Shown piece by piece: positions 1 through 7,559 of a stretch of 64,000 nt of DNA. Source of the stretch: a virus; UHGV virus genome UHGV-1351772, one strand, 5' to 3'. The notes under the pieces were generated by a model. That model was not told the DNA's origin and made no database searches. It saw only the letters and a program-made list of their open reading frames with translations. Numbering within the stretch: the stretch's first letter is position 1; each line of letters begins with the position of its first letter. Made by a program: the position numbers and the translations under genes.

Positions 1-1
1 C

Positions 2-568
2 TATTACCTGGACGACATGAAAACCGGTGGACGTCCAATACTTGATGTCCATATGGCCGTCACGCCTGTGGCAGGACAAGCCTATACCTTGCCGCCTGCC
101 GGGTCTTATTTAGATGGTGCAACGTCTGGTGTACTAGCCTCTACCCAATTTGTTGTGGATAGTCAATCTGCAATGCCACGCATTTCTTCACCTGAGGTGA
201 AAAAGCTTGGACCTAACACGATTAAAATCAAAGACCCTGGCATGTTCGTTTATGCGACCAAACTCCAGGTTAAATTCGAGATGTCTGAAGACTTGAACGA
301 AATCAAACCGGCCTTCTATCCGGTTGTTGCAGATATGGCACTCTACGCTACAAAACAATATATCTACAACAAAATGATTTTCGATATGGATTCTGGTCGT
401 CTCGAAAACGGTATGGAGTTCGGTGCGTTTAAAAACGTCATCGAGGGCTATTCCGATGCGGGTGAAATGTTCAACGACAATTTACCACGTCTACAACGCG
501 CAATGGTACACAACGACGACTCGGGCAACCGTTACAACTACATGTCAGGTGGTCGCTTCAAATCGTAA
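2..568 (+). CDS. hypothetical protein, 3' portion; reading frame is open to the window edge so the gene probably starts upstream
   Basis: ORF 17..568 has no in-frame stop back to position 2; TAA at 566-568; followed by hairpin terminator. Confidence 0.5.
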   Translation, partial: YYLDDMKTGGRPILDVHMAVTPVAGQAYTLPPAGSYLDGATSGVLASTQFVVDSQSAMPRISSPEVKKLGPNTIKIKDPGMFVYATKLQVKFEMSEDLNEIKPAFYPVVADMALYATKQYIYNKMIFDMDSGRLENGMEFGAFKNVIEGYSDAGEMFNDNLPRLQRAMVHNDDSGNRYNYMSGGRFKS

Positions 569-584
569 CAAAAAAAAGAAATTC

Positions 585-614
585 TACCCACTACTCGTTT
601 CGGAGTAGTGGGTA
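585..614. terminator. bidirectional intrinsic terminator-like hairpin between convergent genes
   Basis: inverted repeat tacccactactcg / cggagtagtgggta with A-run upstream (569-583) and T-rich tract downstream. Confidence 0.5.
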
Positions 615-622
615 CTATTCTT

Positions 623-1003
623 TCACTGCAACATATTCTTCAAATGACATGCCGTTCCTGTCGTCCACGCCACCCCATTACGGATGTTTTCAGGTTGTGC
701 ATTCACCAATCTGCGTAGGCTAATGATATTCTCCGCAGGTCCCGCAATCGGTAACGTGTAGGGTACCGTCATTTCAGCCATATACTGAACGACATCTTCA
801 AACCCTTCCGGTACAGACCAATCAATCACACTACCTTCTGGAATATCGTTGTATCGCGTGTTTTTATACTCGCCGGGGTGCATCACAAAACCCCATTCCA
901 GAGACGAAAGCAGCTTCTCGTCAAGCTGGCTCCGAATCTTAATTTTACTCAATGCGTCCGGATGCACCAAAATCACGTCCAGTGGACGCAGTGTAGTATT
1001 CAT
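623..1003 (-). CDS. hypothetical protein (126 aa)
   Basis: six-frame ORF, compact spacing to neighbours; no recognisable motif. Confidence 0.5.
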   Translation of the reverse strand: MNTTLRPLDVILVHPDALSKIKIRSQLDEKLLSSLEWGFVMHPGEYKNTRYNDIPEGSVIDWSVPEGFEDVVQYMAEMTVPYTLPIAGPAENIISLRRLVNAQPENIRNGVAWTTGTACHLKNMLQ

Positions 1004-1022
1004 TTTTCTCTCCCACTATAAC

Positions 1023-1427
1023 TCAATGGATATTTGACAGCTTATTGGTTGCCTGGTACTGGAAACTGTATACCGCATCCAATAACACAGAGAAAGCTTC
1101 AACTAACGGTATCTGTTGACGTTTTACCCCGTTGGCTAATTCGCTCATAAACGAATTAACTAGTTTCGGAGTAATCGCATGGACTTCCGTTCGGGTAAGG
1201 TGGTAATTCGTACGTATTACCGGAACCTCATCGTTTAGTAGCAAAGCAGGTTCGTCAATGGATTTCATTTCAGTCAACCATGCTTTAAACTCGGGGTGAT
1301 TTGCCAGTATAGGTAAGAGCGTATACAGAATCAAATCGTCTAAACGACTGCGAACTAAAATCCGTTCTGGAAAGATGTTGTTCTCTAACAAACTATAAAA
1401 ATCGTAATGTGGTTCTTCGATGTTCAC
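1023..1427 (-). CDS. hypothetical protein (134 aa)
   Basis: six-frame ORF, same strand block. Confidence 0.5.
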   Translation of the reverse strand: MNIEEPHYDFYSLLENNIFPERILVRSRLDDLILYTLLPILANHPEFKAWLTEMKSIDEPALLLNDEVPVIRTNYHLTRTEVHAITPKLVNSFMSELANGVKRQQIPLVEAFSVLLDAVYSFQYQATNKLSNIH

Positions 1428-1521
1428 GGTACCACCTCCTATAAATACATACCAGTACCGTAAAAATCAAAAAAAATGGGGACGTATAGTCCCCTAATCA
1501 CCCTCTATAGCTGATTTATAG

Positions 1522-1962
1522 TTATAGTAGCTCTACGGCATGACGCTCGTGGTAAAGCTCCGCCAACTGTTTCGTTTTAATCCGTAATTCGCCTCGGTCG
1601 TAAACTAATACCCGACCTGCGCCGTTTGTTCCTAACTCTGTGTAAAGTGCTAACCCGTACCGTCTTACAAATTCAATAGCTGGAAACGTAAATTCTTCGT
1701 CATCACAACGAAACACCAACATACACCACGGGCTCGGGTTTAAGTGCTTACGTTCTTTCCCATCCGCCCACCGTAAACTAAATTCATTTCGATTACGATT
1801 CAGCACCCGCTCAACAAATCGTTCTACTAACTTACCAGTCGGTCCATCTTTGGGTAGTGCTTGCCACACCGAGAAACGGCGTGACAAAAACGGTCGAATC
1901 ACCGCTGCTTCATCAAACGAATACCCCAAACACATCAAACCCTCAATGGCATCTATTTTCAT
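1522..1962 (-). CDS. hypothetical protein (146 aa)
   Basis: six-frame ORF. Confidence 0.5.
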   Translation of the reverse strand: MKIDAIEGLMCLGYSFDEAAVIRPFLSRRFSVWQALPKDGPTGKLVERFVERVLNRNRNEFSLRWADGKERKHLNPSPWCMLVFRCDDEEFTFPAIEFVRRYGLALYTELGTNGAGRVLVYDRGELRIKTKQLAELYHERHAVELL

Positions 1963-2056
1963 TTTACCTGCTCCTAAAAAGTCGAATTAAAACGCTTAGT
2001 ACCAACGTTCATACAGGTAACATCTATCTCTAAAAATTTGCGATAAAAAAAGAATA

Positions 2057-2082
2057 TACCTACCCCCTTTCGGAGGTAGGTA
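2057..2082 (-). terminator. intrinsic terminator-like hairpin downstream of the 2188..2835 gene
   Basis: tacctacc...ggtaggta stem with A-run on plus strand (T-run on minus strand) at 2044-2050. Confidence 0.45.
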
Positions 2083-2187
2083 CGTTCCCTGTCATCGGCA
2101 ATGAAACTACAGGATTAAAACCCTTCAGGGCATGAGAATGGGCGTTCTCGAAGGGTGGGCTTTTAGCTTTCGGCGGAGCTAAACTGG

Positions 2188-2835
2188 TTATCGGAGAGTA
2201 TCAATGGTTTTACCTTCATTGTTCATGATGTAAACCACATCCCCTGGATAGAAAAATTCGTAAGCATCATCGACGTGTAAAACACCGATCGCCTCGTCAA
2301 CCGAATGCTTACCACTACGGAGCTGATTCTGATAGAAGGTATCGCCATCTTCGTTGATCAACTCACGGATTAATTGGATTTCTTGAGGTGGCATCACATA
2401 CGTCATTTCACGCTGTGTAAAGCCACAAAACCGGCAATAGAAATTATTGCCAGGAATATAAATTTCGTCGACTGGCGAATTCTTTTCTTCGACGGACGGC
2501 ATACGCGGGTTAACGATCACCACACGTGGCACATCCTCTGGAATAGGTCGACCACCGATGACAACGGTCCAATTTGACACATTGTGCAAAAACGGATGCA
2601 GGTTGGCTAAGGTGCTTTTCTGTTCCTCTACGGACATATCAGTTAAAGCTGTATAACCCACCGGTTTCGGTTTTCTCGGCAAATCAATCGCGTTATCAAA
2701 ACACAATTCATTATCTTCGCCATTGGCGACTTTAAGTGCTTCTTTGTAAACACGGGACATTTTGTCACCCAAACGTACACGTTCGTGAACAGTGATGACA
2801 CGGTCGCCGTTAATAACACGTTTTACTGTAAGCAT
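2188..2835 (-). CDS. hypothetical protein (215 aa)
   Basis: six-frame ORF; followed on minus strand by hairpin plus T-run. Confidence 0.55.
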   Translation of the reverse strand: MLTVKRVINGDRVITVHERVRLGDKMSRVYKEALKVANGEDNELCFDNAIDLPRKPKPVGYTALTDMSVEEQKSTLANLHPFLHNVSNWTVVIGGRPIPEDVPRVVIVNPRMPSVEEKNSPVDEIYIPGNNFYCRFCGFTQREMTYVMPPQEIQLIRELINEDGDTFYQNQLRSGKHSVDEAIGVLHVDDAYEFFYPGDVVYIMNNEGKTIDTLR

Positions 2836-3379
2836 TTCTGTTACCTCGTACTGTTACTACTACTCGTTCTGTTGTACGTCGCTATACCCCGACGTGTGGG
2901 TTAATGGGACGCGTTGACGTCTGATGAGGCGCAGCAGGCAGTGGCAGCAATGACAGCAAGGGCAGCAATGGTACAAACGCCAACGCGAATAAAAAACGCT
3001 ACTGATCAAATAAAACGACAAGGAAAGTATGAGAAACAAAGACCAGTACCGTCGAGTTAACGCGTAACTCTCAATTCACATTACAGGGTATTCACGTTGC
3101 ACTTAGGGGAAATACCCAGTAATTAAATTCTTGGTGGGAGTAGGTGGGAGGATACCCTCCCACCGTACCACCGTTTCGGCAGTCGTGCTACCAGGACCCT
3201 ACGGCCCTAAACGTAAGTCCGAACTTAATCGGTAGGTGTTTACACGTTTTTAAGGAGCTTTCTACCCGTGAGCAAGAGCAGAAAATATCAGAGCAGGCGT
3301 AACTCAGTTGAAGGCTGACGGGAAAATCTACCCAACATACGTCTGTTCTAATTAGGTTAGTGGGCCGAAGCCCACTGTT

Positions 3380-3616
3380 TTAGCCGTATAGGTAATCAGT
3401 GTAAAGAACCTCCCCCTCAGGATAGTGCGTTGTACCGAGGAGTGTGGCTTCGAGGGTAACCTCTTCCACATCACCATCCGATAACAACTCGCCAGTCCAA
3501 CCTATTTCGGATGGAAGAATTGCACATGCAGCTTCTTCCGTAGGGGCTGCCACAATCATTGCGGAATATTCATCCCAACCAACGTGGTCGGTTCTTTCTA
3601 CTAGATACAAGTTCAT
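3380..3616 (-). CDS. small acidic hypothetical protein; start uncertain (ORF extends to 3640)
   Basis: ORF 3380..3640; internal ATG at 3616 preceded by GGGAG at 7 nt spacing. Confidence 0.3.
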   Translation of the reverse strand: MNLYLVERTDHVGWDEYSAMIVAAPTEEAACAILPSEIGWTGELLSDGDVEEVTLEATLLGTTHYPEGEVLYTDYLYG

Positions 3617-3680
3617 AATTTTCTCCCACAGATAACACATCTCGTTTTCTGTGTTGAGAATGAACTTACTGGCTAAAATC

Positions 3681-3756
3681 TGGCGGGGGTGGGAAGTTTC
3701 GAACTCCCAACCTTCGGTTTTGGAGACCGCTGCACCACCAATTGTGCTACACCCCC
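3681..3756 (-). tRNA. tRNA-Trp: tRNA-Trp (anticodon CCA), 76 nt with encoded CCA end
   Basis: manual cloverleaf fold of the minus-strand sequence GGGGGTGTAGCAC...CACCCCCGCCA: 7-bp acceptor stem, D-stem GCAC/GTGC with G18G19, anticodon loop CU-CCA-AA, T-arm GGGAG-TTCGAAA-CTTCC, discriminator G. Confidence 0.85.
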
Positions 3757-3763
3757 TAATACA

Positions 3764-4264
3764 TCAAAACAGCTTAAGTGTTTGCGTTTGACCACCGCTG
3801 TACAGGTCGTAACGTTTCGCCACTTCCACCGCAGTGGGGGCGTCAACGCCAGCACCTAATGCACCCAGGGCATAGTGAGCACCTGAGCCTATCGCATACG
3901 GCGGCTCTACAAACACGTAACTGGCGTATTTGTTGTCTTTGCACTTCGAGGCGTCGATAACGCGTCCGTCTGTCAAAACAGCAAGTACGATAAAATCAAT
4001 CTGCTCGGGATACGTCGTTTCGAATCTAACTCCACCCCGTTCGATACCGCCGAAACGTTCAAGCGTGAGTTCTTGGCGCACGGATTGCAATGCGGCGACA
4101 TCACCTGCCAAACCGATCGCTTTCACGTCTTCACCCAAAAGCTTCCACGACGTACCCTCAGGCGGCGTGTGAATCTTACGGTATTGCGTGGCAGCACTAC
4201 GTTCTTCCACGGTGACTTGACCGTCGCAAGCTAACGTCTTTCCGTCGAAAACAATCGTGGTCAT
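3764..4264 (-). CDS. HslV/proteasome beta-subunit-like Ntn-hydrolase (putative threonine protease)
   Basis: N-terminus MTTIVFDGK...DGQ resembles HslV (Thr1 after Met removal) and has the GSG motif AIGSGAHYALGA; AGGAA RBS 7 nt upstream of ATG. Confidence 0.7.
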   Translation of the reverse strand: MTTIVFDGKTLACDGQVTVEERSAATQYRKIHTPPEGTSWKLLGEDVKAIGLAGDVAALQSVRQELTLERFGGIERGGVRFETTYPEQIDFIVLAVLTDGRVIDASKCKDNKYASYVFVEPPYAIGSGAHYALGALGAGVDAPTAVEVAKRYDLYSGGQTQTLKLF

Positions 4265-4626
4265 GACAGATTTCCTAACTCATTGCCGACCTCCTGGTCA
4301 GCAGCTACCATCGAATTCGTGCAACGCGTAACATGTTCACGAATCGCTCGAGCCAAACCTTCACGAACGGCTACCAGGAGACACTCTCGATAGCTCGGAT
4401 AATGCGCAATAGGGCTAGGGATGTGTTCCACGCAATAACCATCGTGAACTTCCACCACTACCGTGATGTAAATCTCGACGGGTTGGTAAATCCGCACGCT
4501 CTTGATCAAATCAAGTAACGCTGGCTCCGTGCATCCCCAGTCCTCCGGGGCTTTTAACAGCACTGCCAACTCATCGAGCCTGTACTGAACATCCAATTCC
4601 ACGTTAGTGGTGTTTTTGGAATCCAT
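4261..4626 (-). CDS. hypothetical protein; probable start at internal ATG 4626 (ORF extends to 4710)
   Basis: AGGAG 8 nt upstream of ATG at 4626; stop overlaps the HslV-like start as ATGA. Confidence 0.45.
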   Translation of the reverse strand: MDSKNTTNVELDVQYRLDELAVLLKAPEDWGCTEPALLDLIKSVRIYQPVEIYITVVVEVHDGYCVEHIPSPIAHYPSYRECLLVAVREGLARAIREHVTRCTNSMVAADQEVGNELGNLS

Positions 4627-5518
4627 ATTAAAATCTCCTGTCGTGGTCTGTGTCACACCAACAGGAAATCCTGTAAAAAAATAATTCAGCTGCGTACCGG
4701 CGTTTCTCAACGGGAGTACGCACCCCTCTCGTCTTTGCGAGCCGTCAAGCTAGAGGACATCACACTGCCAGCGCTACCTGGAGCAGGGTCATTCGACGCA
4801 ACGTCGTAATTCGCATTTTGGCCGCACCTCTGGGAGCGTATCCCACCGTCGGCTGCCCGCAGGTAAGTTCTACGGACCTTTCGCCAACGTCGCTCCCAGA
4901 GGCTGCCACGGTTCACTCGGATTTTCTCATGTGGTCCACGCGTCACTGATAGCGCGGGTTCCCCAACACTCGTAAGTCGGGGAACGGTACCGAGCACCTG
5001 AACTCTGGGGATTCCAAAAATCCCTCGGGGTAAGTACGATTCGCAAATCGATTTTCAAACCCCATAGTAAAACAAACTCCAGTGTTAGGCTGAACGTTTT
5101 GTTTTTCCCAGTACACGGCGAAATAAATTCCATGCACTCGAAAAAACAACCCCCAAACCAACACCCGGTCAGGGGGCTTCGAGCTCTGCTGAATCTTCGC
5201 AGACAGAAATCGTGTTTGAGCTGTGAGCAGTAAACTCCTGAACTCCGAAAAATCTTCGTGGTTGGATTTGTAAATCATCCCACGCAAATCCTCCGAACAT
5301 ACCATAGGGTTTTAACGTTCGAAAAAGGGGAATGGGTTTTACCCCCCTCGGTCAGGTGTTCAGGGTAGACCCCCTACCCGATCCCCCAGGTGGGGATTTT
5401 ACCCTGGTGAATTACCCCGGGTTCGATTTTCGGATTTTCTGGAAAATACCGCTCACCGATCCCTACCCCCTCAGGGGGGTCAGACCGAGATCAGATCTCA
5501 TAATAAGGATCGCGCGCG

Positions 5519-5614
5519 TTTTATATATATTTATATATAATATATATTATATATAATAATTATTATATTAATAAATATATTAATATATTTATTTAAATAA
5601 ATAATTAAATAATA
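5519..5614. repeat. 96-nt pure A/T low-complexity tract (possible DNA unwinding element)
   Basis: no G or C from 5519 to 5614; flanked on the left by cgcgcgcg (5511-5518). Confidence 0.8.
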
Positions 5615-5682
5615 CCTAAAGGTATTATTATTTTGATCCTAAAGGAATAATATATTTATAAATAAATATATTATACTATACG

Positions 5683-5700
5683 CGCGTGCGTACGCACGCG
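5683..5700. repeat. 18-bp perfect palindrome cgcgtgcgtacgcacgcg (alternating purine-pyrimidine)
   Basis: sequence equals its own reverse complement; sits at the right edge of the AT-rich tract. Confidence 0.85.
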
Positions 5701-5758
5701 TATAAGGAAGAGATCTTGAGATCAGATTTTTGAGAGAGTTAAAAATTTAAGATCGATC

Positions 5759-5779
5759 CGAGAGACTTAGTGTCTCTCG
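5759..5779. repeat. inverted repeat/hairpin cgagagac-ttagt-gtctctcg
   Basis: 8-bp perfect arms with 5-nt spacer. Confidence 0.7.
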
Positions 5780-5835
5780 AAGAGTATTAAAAAATTTAAA
5801 AGATCAAAAAACCAAAGCTAGAGAACTACTCAACC

Positions 5836-5862
5836 TGAATCTTCAGTGTGTGAAGATTCAGT
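5836..5862. repeat. inverted repeat/hairpin ctgaatcttca-gtgtg-tgaagattcag
   Basis: 11-bp perfect arms with 5-nt spacer. Confidence 0.75.
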
Positions 5863-6331
5863 AAGTTGATCAATCCAGCTGATCCGCTAGTACGCGAAGC
5901 GTGAATGTTTTTTTGATCGTCGCGGCGGCCGGTCCGCCGACCCGAGGGTGGGGTGGAACTGGTCGAGGGGAATGCCCCTCAGGCGCTCTCAATCGCGCTG
6001 TAACGAGTTAAACGGGGTTCTGGTACCCAAGTGTACCCCTTGAGGAGATTTTTGCGTCAAAATGCGTTCTAGAGCGTTTTACGATGGGGTGGGTTTTCGA
6101 CCCACTCAGGGATAGGGGTTGGCGTGACAGCTCGAACGACAAAATCGTGGTTTCATGGCGTTGAGTGAAAATAAATTCAAAACCCACAACCAAAAACACC
6201 CTCAAATTCTTCGTAGGAAGCTCTCTGACGAGATAAACGTGGGTAAGGGGTACGAACGTACCGCCTGGAAAGAAAAATGCGTTAGAATCGCTCTCAGCGC
6301 GTTTTTGATTTTTGGGCAAAAAAATAAAACG

Positions 6332-6351
6332 GGGGAGACTTCGGTCTCCCC
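6332..6351 (-). terminator. intrinsic terminator-like hairpin downstream of the 6362..7486 gene
   Basis: ggggagac-ttcg-gtctcccc (UUCG tetraloop) with A-run on plus strand upstream, i.e. T-run after the hairpin on the minus strand. Confidence 0.5.
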
Positions 6352-6361
6352 AGAATATTTT

Positions 6362-7486
6362 TTACAGAGTCGTCAGTTCTTTTGACGGATAGTACAGTTT
6401 CACATCGACCAAACTGTAACCGGTGGCGTAGAACACCTGATTTCCGACCGAAGCAATAAACCCTTCAGGGTCGATAACGTCAACCGAGAAATCGGAATCG
6501 AATAGCCAGGTTTCTTGTTCCCCTTCCCGTTCGAAAACGGCAGCGTAACGCCCGTATTCTGGGCCTCGGCGGAAACGAAACAGCGTTAATCCTGTCTCAC
6601 GTTCTAAGCCATAAATCACCCCATTTTCTTCGTAGATTTCAGCGCGATTACAGCGTGTAACCGTCAACAACGCAGGCCGTTGTGTCGGGATTGTTTTAAA
6701 CGGTGAAGGCCCATCGTATGTCGTTGAAACCCAATCACCGAGACTGTCTAACGCCAGTGCTCGATACGCGATAGGTGACTTGTAGTTACACAACCTGTTG
6801 CCCTCGGTGTACATCGTGTATTCGATGCGTAACGTAGTACCGATGATGTCGTTCAAACTCAGTTTGTAGTGCGCTAACTGGGCTTGTATACGACAGGACA
6901 GAATTGTACACAGGAAAGTGTGACCCTCTGTAGAACGGCACACAACTCCGTAATCGGTCACTGCCAGTAACGTGGCATCTGTTTTACGGACGGGTTCCAG
7001 GCGAAACACCTCATTTTCAGTTTCTACGAGGAACTGCGAAACCGCTTGGTTTCTGGATTTAGCTTTAATCGTATCGAACACATCACCCGCTTTTACGATT
7101 AACGGTTCTACCACGTTTACCTGAAACGGCAGCGGTTTAGTTGGGTATTGTCCCAACGTTGTAATCGTTACTGAGTTGAGTTCTGGGTCCGATGCGTCAG
7201 GATCACCAGACAACCAATACGTTAGCCATTTCGACAACGTCTGGGGAATGACGCGCGTGGTGTAAAACAGAATTTCGCCATGTAAACCTGCCTCTGCCAA
7301 TTCGCGTGCAAGAAACGAGTTGACCGCGTCGTAGGTACCGTTGCGCAAGATGTCCATACCCCCGACACGAACCAAATCACAAATTACGCCGTGTGGAAGA
7401 ACCCACATTTTGACGTTTTGATTTCGGTCGATGGTACCTTCGCGCAGCATTCTGTGCCAAACGGGTTTACGTAAGTAATTTCTCAT
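6362..7486 (-). CDS. hypothetical protein (374 aa)
   Basis: six-frame ORF; TAAAGGAG-type RBS context upstream of ATG. Confidence 0.6.
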   Translation of the reverse strand: MRNYLRKPVWHRMLREGTIDRNQNVKMWVLPHGVICDLVRVGGMDILRNGTYDAVNSFLARELAEAGLHGEILFYTTRVIPQTLSKWLTYWLSGDPDASDPELNSVTITTLGQYPTKPLPFQVNVVEPLIVKAGDVFDTIKAKSRNQAVSQFLVETENEVFRLEPVRKTDATLLAVTDYGVVCRSTEGHTFLCTILSCRIQAQLAHYKLSLNDIIGTTLRIEYTMYTEGNRLCNYKSPIAYRALALDSLGDWVSTTYDGPSPFKTIPTQRPALLTVTRCNRAEIYEENGVIYGLERETGLTLFRFRRGPEYGRYAAVFEREGEQETWLFDSDFSVDVIDPEGFIASVGNQVFYATGYSLVDVKLYYPSKELTTL

Positions 7487-7559
7487 TTTAAAACTCCTTT
7501 AGGTAGAATAAGACTCTCACTAGGATAATATCTATCCGTAATTATTTCGAGGTTCACTA

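Larger units (their letters stand above)
5380..5919. promoter_or_regulatory. candidate replication origin or packaging/regulatory region (GATC-dense, repeat-rich, non-coding)
   Basis: about 14 GATC sites counted in 540 bp, an AT-only tract, palindromes and hairpins, and no credible ORF. Confidence 0.4.

Noticed and set aside
4707-5305. ORFs 4707..4997 and 4943..5305 (minus)
   Set aside because: No RBS, low-complexity translation, located in a region better explained as structured non-coding DNA or RNA
5281-5330. tRNA-like GTTCGAAAA motif
   Set aside because: Cannot be folded into an acceptor/T-arm cloverleaf; no matching 3' CCA-proximal stem
5332-5556. 74-aa ORF
   Set aside because: Runs through the direct repeats and into the pure A/T tract; the translation is a compositional artefact
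5519-5680. AT-rich block as a possible CRISPR array or tandem-repeat array
   Set aside because: No regular repeat-spacer periodicity; it is simple A/T low complexity
6008-6385. ORFs 6008..6319 (minus) and 6155..6385 (plus)
   Set aside because: Mutually overlapping, no start signals, inside the intergenic region and ending in the terminator hairpin
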